A stretch of 64,000 nt of DNA from Leptospira biflexa (lineage in GTDB: Bacteria; Spirochaetota; UBA4802; JAGODF01). Location: contig DYLV01000001.1 in the NCBI GenBank assembly GCA_020721925.1, forward strand, positions 4,413 through 68,412, written 5' to 3'. Both the position numbers and the translations under genes were made by a program. How positions within the stretch are numbered: the first letter of the stretch is position 1; the number at the start of each line of letters is the position of its first letter. The notes beneath the pieces are model-generated. The model ran no database searches. It had not been told where the DNA came from and worked only from the letters and a program-made list of their open reading frames with translations. Of the stretch, positions 32,179 through 41,197 are shown in pieces.

Positions 32179-32823
32179 CTACGCGCTTTTTCTTCTTGAA
32201 TTGACAATTCTCTGGAAGTCGCGGATATTTTTCACATGGATGCGGTCATTAAAAAGCTCGATTTTGCCTGTCGAGTTGAAATGCGTTAAAATTTTCTGTA
32301 CGTCGCTGATCTGCATCCCCGCCCAGTTCGCCACTTCCTGGATATTACAGCGTAGAGTGATGGGACCCTGTAAATCTATATGCGGATCCGACTCCGCAAG
32401 CATAATAAGCACATCCATAACCTTAAGCTGTGGTTCTTCAAGGAGCAGGATCATGAGCCTTCTCTTGGCATCATAAATTCGCTTTGAAAAAATGACTAAC
32501 AGCTTGTACGCCATCTGAGGATTGCCCTGAATAAGGGCATCGAAATTATCTCGATGAAATTTCAGTATTTTGCACTGTTCCATCGCAATTGCCGATGCCG
32601 AACGCGGCTGTTCTTCCAGAATCGCCATTTCTCCGAAAATATCTCCTGCCTTCAACACATCGAGTGTCTTCTCATTGTTGTTGACTATCTTGACGATTTT
32701 TACTCTGCCCGTCTGAATAATATAAAATTCATTGCCGGGCTCAAATTCGCAGAAAATTAGTTCATTGGGCGCATATTCAACCATGAACTTATCAAAAATG
32801 GGGTTGTCGATTAACATCGTCAT
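32179..32823 (-). CDS. Crp/Fnr-family transcriptional regulator (cNMP-binding domain plus C-terminal HTH)
   Basis: The cNMP-binding signature is AGDIFGEMAILEEQPRSASAIA. The C-terminal HTH-like segment is NIQEVANWAGMQISDVQKILTHFNSTGKIE. The start overlaps the upstream stop (ATGA). Confidence 0.8.
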   Translation of the reverse strand: MTMLIDNPIFDKFMVEYAPNELIFCEFEPGNEFYIIQTGRVKIVKIVNNNEKTLDVLKAGDIFGEMAILEEQPRSASAIAMEQCKILKFHRDNFDALIQGNPQMAYKLLVIFSKRIYDAKRRLMILLLEEPQLKVMDVLIMLAESDPHIDLQGPITLRCNIQEVANWAGMQISDVQKILTHFNSTGKIELFNDRIHVKNIRDFQRIVNSRRKSA

Positions 32824-34004
32824 CTTCTTCCCTGACTGTTTTGAATTTTCATAAGACGGTTCTGAGCGTCTTTGTTCGTCTGGTCTTTCGGCTCCATACT
32901 CATGACTTTGCTGTAGTAGGTCATGGCTTTATCGAAATTTTTCAAGTCTTCAAATATTATACCGATATACAGCAATGAACTTTTGACCATCTTCGAATTG
33001 GGGAATTTTTTAATGAGGCCGGAAAGCGTCCCGAGGGCGTCGTTAAATTTACCCAGCTTGTACTGGCACCTGCCGAGTTCGAAATGTGCTTTTTCAAACG
33101 TTTTCTTTTCAGTTTCTCCCTGAAGCGATTTGCTGTTGATTATGCGATTATAAAGCTCAACAGCTTCCTGATACTGACCGGCCGCAAAAAGTCGCATTCC
33201 TTCATAGAATATTTCATTGATGTCCTGCGACACATTGTCGGTTTGAGAAGCACCCGGTTCATCAAATGTAAAATCATCAAGCATATCACCGGATTTTTTT
33301 TCCGAAAGAAAATCGTCCATTTCCCCCGCAAGCGGAGAGCGCGCCCCTTCCGATTCTGGCTGCGGCGCCGATGTGCTCTCATCTTCAATGCTAAAGTCCG
33401 TCATATCTTCATCCGATACTCCCGCTGGCTGGCTGAAATCGGGAACAGTTTCCCCGCCGCCAAAATCTCCCGATTTAATTTTTTGGAGTCTTTCCTTTGC
33501 CATCGAGGCATATTTCGAATCGGGATAATAATCAAGATATTTTTTATATGCATACATTGCCTGCTGGGCACGTTCCATTTTAAAGTAATACTCACCGAGT
33601 TTAAAAAGTTCTATTTCGGGATTAATTGTATCGCCTTCTCCCAGCACCTCACGCACCGTTTTCCCGATTCTGCGTAGCTGATTGCTGAATACTCGAAGCA
33701 TCTTTTTCACTACATTGATATTCTGGAGAATCATTTTTTCAAAGTCGGCTAATGAAAGCACGAGCACGGTGGTATCACCCAGCGTTTGTGCAGTCTCATC
33801 CCTCGGATAGCGCCCCAACGCCGATTTGACACCGAAAAATTCACCCGGCTTCACGTGAACTTTTTCCTCAACCCAGGTTTTATCCTCCACTTTCTTTGTA
33901 GTAAGAACCACCCTTCCTGATTTGAGAATGTATATGGTTTCGCTTTTGTCGCCTTCCATATATACTATGGAGCCGCTCTTGTATGACCGTGTCGTGATAG
34001 CCAT
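32820..34004 (-). CDS. cNMP-binding domain protein fused to TPR repeats
   Basis: The N-terminal roughly 120 aa carry a cyclic-nucleotide-binding fold (GEFFGVKSALGRYPRDETAQT). An acidic linker is followed by C-terminal TPR repeats (YYFKMERAQQAMYAYKKYLDYYPDSKYA...). Confidence 0.7.
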   Translation of the reverse strand: MAITTRSYKSGSIVYMEGDKSETIYILKSGRVVLTTKKVEDKTWVEEKVHVKPGEFFGVKSALGRYPRDETAQTLGDTTVLVLSLADFEKMILQNINVVKKMLRVFSNQLRRIGKTVREVLGEGDTINPEIELFKLGEYYFKMERAQQAMYAYKKYLDYYPDSKYASMAKERLQKIKSGDFGGGETVPDFSQPAGVSDEDMTDFSIEDESTSAPQPESEGARSPLAGEMDDFLSEKKSGDMLDDFTFDEPGASQTDNVSQDINEIFYEGMRLFAAGQYQEAVELYNRIINSKSLQGETEKKTFEKAHFELGRCQYKLGKFNDALGTLSGLIKKFPNSKMVKSSLLYIGIIFEDLKNFDKAMTYYSKVMSMEPKDQTNKDAQNRLMKIQNSQGRR

Positions 34005-34068
34005 TGGTACTCCTGACGATATCTACAAAAATATTCGAAGATAAATATACCGACCTGCGCTTTTGCGT

Positions 34069-35298
34069 TTATGGATATTTGAAATCCACCGGTAAAAACG
34101 GAAATTCCTTCTTAAAGCCCACCGCTTTGCTGATCCTCTTTAAAAGGCCCAACAGATCACCCATAACGACTTTTTGCACCCCGTCAAGAACAACTTTTTG
34201 ATACGGTGTTTTTTGCGCCACAAAGAGTTCTTCATACTCACTATTGCCATACAGCGCTTTTCCTGCAATCACCACAAGTTTCACATCCGACAGCTCAGCC
34301 TGTACCACAGTGCTATACGGATTCCCCTTTTTTTCAAACAGCGTCAAATCCGCAATAAACCCGGATTTAATCCTTCCTTGTTTGTGGAGTCGAAACGCTC
34401 TGGCCGGATTTATCGTTACCATTTTCACTATCTGTTCATCACCGAGCTCTCTGCCGTAGGTGCGCTGATAATATGACTTATCGAATTTCATTTCATACAG
34501 CAGATTAAGGCCTCCCGACATCGGAGAATCCGTCCCGATGCAGAGGTTCACGCCTTTTTCAAGCATATACCTGACGTTCGCGGTTTTATTAAACATGAAA
34601 ATATTTGAATCGGCGCACCACACCACCGATGCGTTTTTCTTTTTAATTCGGTCGATATCATCTTCAGAAAATGCGATACCATGTACCAGCACGGAATGTT
34701 CTCCCAGGCCGTTCTTCCTTTCAAGAACCTTCAAGTCGTTTATGGTTTCCGCATCAAAACCTTCAGCAATATGGGTAATAAAAGGAATATCCTTTTTCAC
34801 GGCTTTTTTGTACTCTTCCTCAACTCCTTCACCCCAGTTAAGCGCAAATGATGCAATTGAATGCACAAGTGCATAATCACGAATAACCCGAACCGGCAAT
34901 ATATCAAGAAATGGCTCGTTAACGAAATGAGGAATGTGGTCGGACACGGTCGTGACGCCTGAAAGTATATTCCGATATGCGCCGAGAAGATATAAATCCC
35001 TGTTTTCAATTTGTTGCCGTTCCTGATACACCGGCGCGCTTTTTAAGTCGTTGTCCCATGGGAGCCAGTTATCATAGGGGCCGTTTCCAACTTTTGGATA
35101 GTATGTGCCCAGTAAATGGTCGTGCGCGTTAATGAGCCCTGGCACAAGAACAGAATTTTCCGCTTTTATCACCAAGGGTACTTTGTTATCCGGCTGCCCG
35201 ATCTTTTCAATTTTATCTCCTGCAATAACAAGCGAGGTATTTTTAATTATTTCCTCGGGTGTCAAAATATCAGCACCCTCAATGCTCCATTTTTTCAT
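34069..35298 (-). CDS. amidohydrolase-family metal-dependent hydrolase (deaminase / chlorohydrolase-like)
   Basis: VPGLINAHDHL is the HxH metal-binding motif, with further conserved His/Asp positions. About 410 aa. An AGGGAAGG RBS precedes the ATG at 35298. The ORF extends to 35373. Confidence 0.7.
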   Translation of the reverse strand: MKKWSIEGADILTPEEIIKNTSLVIAGDKIEKIGQPDNKVPLVIKAENSVLVPGLINAHDHLLGTYYPKVGNGPYDNWLPWDNDLKSAPVYQERQQIENRDLYLLGAYRNILSGVTTVSDHIPHFVNEPFLDILPVRVIRDYALVHSIASFALNWGEGVEEEYKKAVKKDIPFITHIAEGFDAETINDLKVLERKNGLGEHSVLVHGIAFSEDDIDRIKKKNASVVWCADSNIFMFNKTANVRYMLEKGVNLCIGTDSPMSGGLNLLYEMKFDKSYYQRTYGRELGDEQIVKMVTINPARAFRLHKQGRIKSGFIADLTLFEKKGNPYSTVVQAELSDVKLVVIAGKALYGNSEYEELFVAQKTPYQKVVLDGVQKVVMGDLLGLLKRISKAVGFKKEFPFLPVDFKYP

Positions 35299-35570
35299 CA
35301 GCACCTTCCCTCTTGAGTATCTGCAACAACTGCCGACGCTTTCCTCATCGCAACCATGATGCGAATCCTTCATAACCGGGGCAGATATCTATTACATTTG
35401 ACTGCAACTGCTCAATACATAGCACATTTAGTATATATTAAATTCATTACAAAGAGTCAAGCAAAAATAAAAAACATACCGCACTCCTGTATTGTAATTG
35501 AGAATTTGTCATTCCTCTCATGAATATCTCGTATATTTTCCTCAACTCTTTGAAAAACATAATCCTGTAC

Positions 35571-35586
35571 GATACAGAACTCTGTA
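35571..35586. promoter_or_regulatory. 16-bp palindrome ATACAGA-AC-TCTGTAT in the AT-rich divergent control region
   Basis: A perfect 7-bp inverted repeat read directly from the sequence. It lies about 270 bp upstream of the Crp-family operon and about 210 bp upstream of the histidine-kinase gene. Confidence 0.3.
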
Positions 35587-35793
35587 TATATAATAATCGG
35601 TATGAAATATATAAAATATCAACCAAAAACATTGCATTTACAATCACAGATTGTACTGCATCCTGTTCATATTATAGTATACAAATACAACGCATACATT
35701 GAAAGTATGAGCAGAAAACTCATAAATTTTTTCTTTTTTTTCTGAATTGTGCTTTACCATCGAAAAAAAATATTTCACATTAGCCAATATTTT

Positions 35794-37884
35794 ATGTCGA
35801 AGCCCTTTTTTTATGAAAGTTCGATGAAACGACTGGAACCATTATTTCATCTCCTATTTCTTCCGGAACTTTTCTTGGCAGGCACACTTTTGTATTTATT
35901 GCTCACCAATCAGCGGTCATCTTCTTTTTTTCTTTATGTTGCCCTGTTCACCATCATGTTTTTGATAATCCGGGCGTTCGTACTCTTTTTTTTCCATTTT
36001 CGTATCTCCGTTAAAATTAATTCAATAATATCCCTCATCAATGAATTTAAAAAGGGGAGATTTAACGTCACACAAAACAATCATTACGCACATGACCCTT
36101 TCTCAATCATCCAGAAAGAACTTTCAGTGTTGGGAAGGCACCTGGACAGCATTGTCAATTCACAAAAATCCGAAATATCGAACCTCAGAGAACTCTACAA
36201 TAGCATAGTCCTTTCAATCAGCTCGTATTTCATCGTTCTCAATGAAAAAGAAGATATCATATTCGCAAATGAAAGTTTTTGCAAAAAATTTCAATTTGAT
36301 CTGGAAGACATCATCGGCAAAAAGATTGACTCAATTTTTATTTTTCTCACACCCACCATAAAGGAGAACATAAAAACGGTCATTACACAAAAAGAGCCTA
36401 TCGTTCTTGAAAAAACACATCTGGTTTCTTCCAATCGAATTTCAATAATCGCCGACATTAAGCTTTCCACCATGGTTGTACAGGGCGAAACACAGATCAT
36501 TTTCGTTATCGACGATGTCACCGCAATTTGCAAAAAGGATTTCCAGATCAACCTCATCACTCAGGTTTCCGAAACAATTCAGCGTGATGATGAAATCGAG
36601 AGTGTGCTTCATGCAATTTTAATTGGCGTCACATCAGGTTCAGGCCTCGGATTCAATCGGGCAATGCTTTTCCTGACCGATCCGAAGGAAAAGAAACTTA
36701 TTGGTAAAATGGCAGTAGGGCCGGACACCATGGAAGAGGCAATTCAGATTTGGAGTTCTGTTTCCGCATGCGGGGTGGAGATTTACAGCCAGCTCAAATC
36801 ATACAAGGAGAGAGGCCCAGAAAACAGCCGGTTTATATCAAAAGTCCTCAATGCGTCTTTCAACCTGAAAGATCCGACAAATATTTTTTCTCATGCGTGC
36901 AACAAACAAGAACACCTCCACATATACGACGCAGCAAACGATGCCCGCGTTTCGGCTGAAATACGGGATTTCATGGAAGTACGTGAATTTATTGTTATAC
37001 CTCTGGTTTCTTTGAATAAATCGATTGGGGTAATTGTTGCCGATAATAAATTTAATCAGACGCCGATCGGCCGCGACAGCATAGAACTTCTTTCTATTTT
37101 TGCATTCCAGGCAGCCCTTCTCATCGAAAGCTACAATAACCTCCATATGATAAAAAAAGAAATGGAAAAAATCCGCGAAAGGCAGGAGGCGATGGTCGAA
37201 TCGGAAAAATTAGCTGCCCTTGGCCGCATCTCATCTCATATTGCGCATGAAATCCGCAATCCTCTTGTCACCATGGGAGGATACGCGCGCCGCATCACAC
37301 AACTCGCAAAAGACCAGAAGGATCTTTTGAAAAACCAGGAATTCATCACCAAGGCCGCACAAGTAGTTTTGAAAGAATCCGAACGTCTTGAAAAAACGCT
37401 TTCAAACGTAATGGATTTTTCCCGAACGACTTCTTTTATTATGGAGTTTAACAACATCAACGAAATAATTCTTGATACATGCGATCTTTTAAAAAACCTT
37501 TTTCAGGAACGAAGGATTCATCTCACGCTTAAGCTCGATGAGGAACTGCCACTGGTTAAATCCGACTTCAATCAGATGAAACAGGTCATGCTAAATCTTC
37601 TGCAGAATGCCATCGACGCTACTCCTGCCGAAGGCGAGATAACCGTCATGACGCTCGCGAGCGATAAAGAGGTACAAATTTCTGTACGAGACACCGGCAG
37701 CGGAATTCCTGAAGAAGACCAAACAAAAATTTTTGAGCCATTTTTCTCAACGAAAGTAACCGGTGTGGGACTTGGCCTTTCCATCATAAAAAAAATCGTT
37801 ACCGACCATAATGGAGATATTTCCGTCTTATCATCAAAAAATAGAGGTTCTGAATTTATTGTAAAGCTTCCTCTTCCAAAATAA
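35794..37884 (+). CDS. sensor histidine kinase (TM - PAS - GAF - HisKA - HATPase_c)
   Basis: The H-box is SSHIAHEIRNPL. The N, G1 and G2 boxes are LLQNAIDAT, RDTGSGIPEE and GVGLGLSI. N-terminal TM helices are followed by PAS-like and GAF-like regions. The start is uncertain: the ORF opens with GTG at 35749, and ATGs lie at 35794 and 35824. Confidence 0.8.
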   Translation: MSKPFFYESSMKRLEPLFHLLFLPELFLAGTLLYLLLTNQRSSSFFLYVALFTIMFLIIRAFVLFFFHFRISVKINSIISLINEFKKGRFNVTQNNHYAHDPFSIIQKELSVLGRHLDSIVNSQKSEISNLRELYNSIVLSISSYFIVLNEKEDIIFANESFCKKFQFDLEDIIGKKIDSIFIFLTPTIKENIKTVITQKEPIVLEKTHLVSSNRISIIADIKLSTMVVQGETQIIFVIDDVTAICKKDFQINLITQVSETIQRDDEIESVLHAILIGVTSGSGLGFNRAMLFLTDPKEKKLIGKMAVGPDTMEEAIQIWSSVSACGVEIYSQLKSYKERGPENSRFISKVLNASFNLKDPTNIFSHACNKQEHLHIYDAANDARVSAEIRDFMEVREFIVIPLVSLNKSIGVIVADNKFNQTPIGRDSIELLSIFAFQAALLIESYNNLHMIKKEMEKIRERQEAMVESEKLAALGRISSHIAHEIRNPLVTMGGYARRITQLAKDQKDLLKNQEFITKAAQVVLKESERLEKTLSNVMDFSRTTSFIMEFNNINEIILDTCDLLKNLFQERRIHLTLKLDEELPLVKSDFNQMKQVMLNLLQNAIDATPAEGEITVMTLASDKEVQISVRDTGSGIPEEDQTKIFEPFFSTKVTGVGLGLSIIKKIVTDHNGDISVLSSKNRGSEFIVKLPLPK

Positions 37885-38018
37885 TGTGCTGAAATTAATT
37901 AAAAATTGCTTGATTAGTACTTTTAATACAAACTATGATTATAATATTATTGGTGTACGCATTATTATGAAACATAATCATTACAATTTAAAACACCCAT
38001 AAGCAGGAGGTTTATACG

Positions 38019-38381
38019 ATGAGCAAAATATTAATTGTTGAAGATGAACAGAATCAGCGCGAACTCTATTCAATGATCCTCCAGGAAGATGGCTACGAAG
38101 TGGACCAGGCCTCCAACGGCAAGGAGGCTGTCGACAAGGTAAAAGCGAACAAATATGATCTTGTGGTATTGGACATCCGCATGCCGGAAATGGACGGCAT
38201 TGAAGCACTTGGCAAAATACTCTCGCGAGACAAAAAAATACCCATCATCATTTATACCGCCTATTCGAATTATAAAAGCAATTTTATGACATGGACTGCA
38301 GATGCGTATATTACGAAATCGTCAAATTTGACCGAATTGAAGGATAAAATTGCAGAGATACTCGCAAGCCGGGCGAAATGA
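38019..38381 (+). CDS. stand-alone response-regulator receiver (CheY-like)
   Basis: ILIVEDEQ, DLVVLDIRMPEMDG carrying the phospho-acceptor Asp, and the conserved Lys. 120 aa with no output domain. An AGGAGG RBS is present. Confidence 0.85.
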   Translation: MSKILIVEDEQNQRELYSMILQEDGYEVDQASNGKEAVDKVKANKYDLVVLDIRMPEMDGIEALGKILSRDKKIPIIIYTAYSNYKSNFMTWTADAYITKSSNLTELKDKIAEILASRAK

Positions 38382-38421
38382 GGTGCCCGGATGAATTAAT
38401 AAATTTCACTTCGGGTATTCT

Positions 38422-39636
38422 ATGAACACCTATATCAATAAAACACTGACGTTCATACTCGCAGGAGGCCAGGGAGAGCGCCTTCATCCTCTTACCCGCG
38501 ACCGATCGAAACCGGCAGTGCCTTTTGGTGGCATTTATCGAATAATTGATTTTCCCCTGAGCAATTGTCTAAATTCAGGGATGAAAAAAATTATCGTTCT
38601 CACACAGTATAAGTCATTATCGCTGGACAGACATATCAAAACCGCCTGGAATCTTTTCCCGAGGGAATTAGGCGGCTTTATCGATGTAGTGCCGCCGCAG
38701 CAGAGGATTACGACTGACTGGTACCGGGGAACGGCTGATGCCATTTTTCAGAATATTTACATCATAGAAATGGAAAAACCTGAATATGTGCTCATCCTAT
38801 CAGGGGATCATGTCTATAAAATGGATTATCAGAAATTCCTTCTGTACCACATTGAGAACGATGCCGATCTCACCATAGCTGCCATAGAAATTCCCGTCTC
38901 AGATGCGTCGCGATTCGGAGTTCTCGAAGTGGACAGATCGAACCGCGTTATCGGTTTTGAAGAAAAACCTCAATCCCCAAAAGAAATCCCCGGCAAGGCG
39001 GGCATGTCTTTCATTTCGATGGGCATATACGTATTCAAAACCGACAAGCTTGTAAAATATCTCTCTGAAGATCATCGACTAGAAGGTTCCAACGATTTTG
39101 GCAAAGACATCATACCAAGAATATATTCAACCGATCGGGTATTCACCTATGACTATGTCGCCGCTGAAGGACCGCGTGCGTACTGGAAAGATATAGGCAC
39201 CATCAGTTCTTATTTTGAATCGAATATGGACTTAGTGTCGGTCACCCCTCATCTTAATCTCTATGATCGGGAGTGGATAATCCGCACCAACATGGAACAA
39301 TTTCCTCCCGCCAAAATGGTTTTCAACGAAGGAGATCGGCGCGGTATCTCTTTGAATTCAATCATTTCCAATGGAGCAATAGTCAGCGGCGCGACGGTGA
39401 CCGGCTCGATCATTTCACCCGGCGTAAAGGTGAACAGCTATGCCGATGTACAGAATTCCATTATTTTTCATACGGTAACAGTTGGAAGACACGCGCGTAT
39501 AAAAAATTCCATTATTGATAAATATGTTTCAATTCCCGAAGGCGAAGAAATAGGGTACGATCTGAATAAAGATGCACGACGGTTCACCGTATCACCGGAA
39601 GGTATCGTGGTGATCCCGAAAGGATTTGTGTTTTAG
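38422..39636 (+). CDS. glgC: glucose-1-phosphate adenylyltransferase
   Basis: ILAGGQGERLHPLTRDRSKPAVPFGGIYRIIDFPLSNCLNSG is the classic ADP-glucose pyrophosphorylase N-terminus. A left-handed beta-helix C-terminus follows. Confidence 0.9.
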   Translation: MNTYINKTLTFILAGGQGERLHPLTRDRSKPAVPFGGIYRIIDFPLSNCLNSGMKKIIVLTQYKSLSLDRHIKTAWNLFPRELGGFIDVVPPQQRITTDWYRGTADAIFQNIYIIEMEKPEYVLILSGDHVYKMDYQKFLLYHIENDADLTIAAIEIPVSDASRFGVLEVDRSNRVIGFEEKPQSPKEIPGKAGMSFISMGIYVFKTDKLVKYLSEDHRLEGSNDFGKDIIPRIYSTDRVFTYDYVAAEGPRAYWKDIGTISSYFESNMDLVSVTPHLNLYDREWIIRTNMEQFPPAKMVFNEGDRRGISLNSIISNGAIVSGATVTGSIISPGVKVNSYADVQNSIIFHTVTVGRHARIKNSIIDKYVSIPEGEEIGYDLNKDARRFTVSPEGIVVIPKGFVF

Positions 39637-39664
39637 GAAGATGAGTTTTTCGCGTCATCACTCT

Positions 39665-41197
39665 TCAGTGAGTTTTTGGCACACGCCTGTACATGACCCC
39701 CATCGACTTGAGTTTTGCAATCATGTCACTCGTGATACTGCCGTCGGTCAGCTTCCATCTCCAGTTACCTTCCGCGGTTCCAGGCCTGTTCATCCTGAAT
39801 TCTTCACCATAACCGATTATGTCCTGCGCTGGTATAATCGCCAATCGCGCCGTCGTCATGTACGCAAGACGTATGAGCTGTTGATGAAAATCATTGAACT
39901 TCACGGAACCTAAGTAATCCAAAATATATTTCCTTCTCTCATCATTGTTTTCACTTCCATAAAACCATCCATTGGTGGTATTGTTATCGTGCGTACCGGT
40001 GTAGATGATGCAATTTGGATTTTCTATATTATGGGGCAGATATTCGTTATCGCTGTTTCCGTCGAAGGCAAATTGCAGTATCTTCATCCCCGGGATTTCA
40101 AGATCATTGCGGAGTTTTTTTACCTCGTCGGTTATCACCCCAAGATCTTCGGCGATAAGCGGAATTCTCCCTACCGTCTTCTCAATCCAATCGAAAAAGT
40201 CTTTTCCGGGACCGTTAATCCACCTGCCGTTTACGGCAGTTTTTTCGTTGGCTGGAATCGACCAATATGCGGCAAATGCACGGAAATGATCGATTCTCAC
40301 AAGATCGACCAGGCTGCATAAGTGCCGAAGCCGGTTTGCCCACCATTCATAAGTAGGCACAAACATTTTCCCTTTTTTATTCACCCACCGATAGAGGGGA
40401 TTGCCCCACCTCTGTCCTGTTTCACTGAAATAATCAGGAGGAACTCCCGCTACAAACTCGGGCTTTAAGTCTTTTTCATTAAGAAGAAGTATTTCGGGAT
40501 TCGCCCACGCATCCACGCTTTCAAGATTAATATAGATGGGAATATCCCCGATTATCTTAATTCCGAGAGAATTGCATTTTTCTTTTAGGCGTTTCCACTG
40601 TTCGAAGAAAAGATATTGCAGAAATTTGTAATAGCCGACTTTCCTCGAAAGTGTTTTGTTCCACTTCGCAAGCAAATTTTTTTCCCGAGTTTTGATGCCA
40701 TCATCCCACTCCGTCCAATCAAGCGTGTTGAAATGCTCACTCAACGCAGAAAAAAGTGCGTAATCGTCAAGCCATCCTCGTTCCTTTTCGCAGAATGATT
40801 CAAACTTTTTTTTCTCTTCATTCCCGGCAGACGAGAGAAAAAGAGTGTAGGCGCGTTCAAGTGCGAGCGAACGGTGTCGTGTGACTTTTTCAAAGTGTAT
40901 AAAATGCTCATCGGTAAAATCGCCTTTGTCGATATTGCCATCGTGCCAAGGTGATTTCGCTATTTCATCAAGGCTGATGAAATGGCTATTGCCTGCAAAT
41001 GCCGATGTTGAAGCATAGGGAGAATAATCAAACGCAGAGGCAACCGGCCCTATTGGCAGCACCTGCCAATACGACTGGCCCGCCTCCTTCAGCAATTCAG
41101 CAAATCGGAACGCTTCATCACCTAAAGACCCAATACCATATCTGCCAGGCAAGCTGGTAATATGCAACAACACACCACATGAGCGTTCAAGTTTCAT
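39665..41197 (-). CDS. malQ: 4-alpha-glucanotransferase (amylomaltase, GH77)
   Basis: CGVLLHITSLPGRYGIGSLGDEAFRFAELLKEAGQSYWQVLPIGP is the GH77 N-terminal signature. Length 510 aa. Confidence 0.88.
   Translation of the reverse strand: MKLERSCGVLLHITSLPGRYGIGSLGDEAFRFAELLKEAGQSYWQVLPIGPVASAFDYSPYASTSAFAGNSHFISLDEIAKSPWHDGNIDKGDFTDEHFIHFEKVTRHRSLALERAYTLFLSSAGNEEKKKFESFCEKERGWLDDYALFSALSEHFNTLDWTEWDDGIKTREKNLLAKWNKTLSRKVGYYKFLQYLFFEQWKRLKEKCNSLGIKIIGDIPIYINLESVDAWANPEILLLNEKDLKPEFVAGVPPDYFSETGQRWGNPLYRWVNKKGKMFVPTYEWWANRLRHLCSLVDLVRIDHFRAFAAYWSIPANEKTAVNGRWINGPGKDFFDWIEKTVGRIPLIAEDLGVITDEVKKLRNDLEIPGMKILQFAFDGNSDNEYLPHNIENPNCIIYTGTHDNNTTNGWFYGSENNDERRKYILDYLGSVKFNDFHQQLIRLAYMTTARLAIIPAQDIIGYGEEFRMNRPGTAEGNWRWKLTDGSITSDMIAKLKSMGVMYRRVPKTH

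Noticed and set aside
33084-33677. 197-aa plus-strand ORF
   Set aside because: It is antisense to the cNMP-TPR gene and has Arg/Phe-rich composition typical of reverse frames of an acidic protein.
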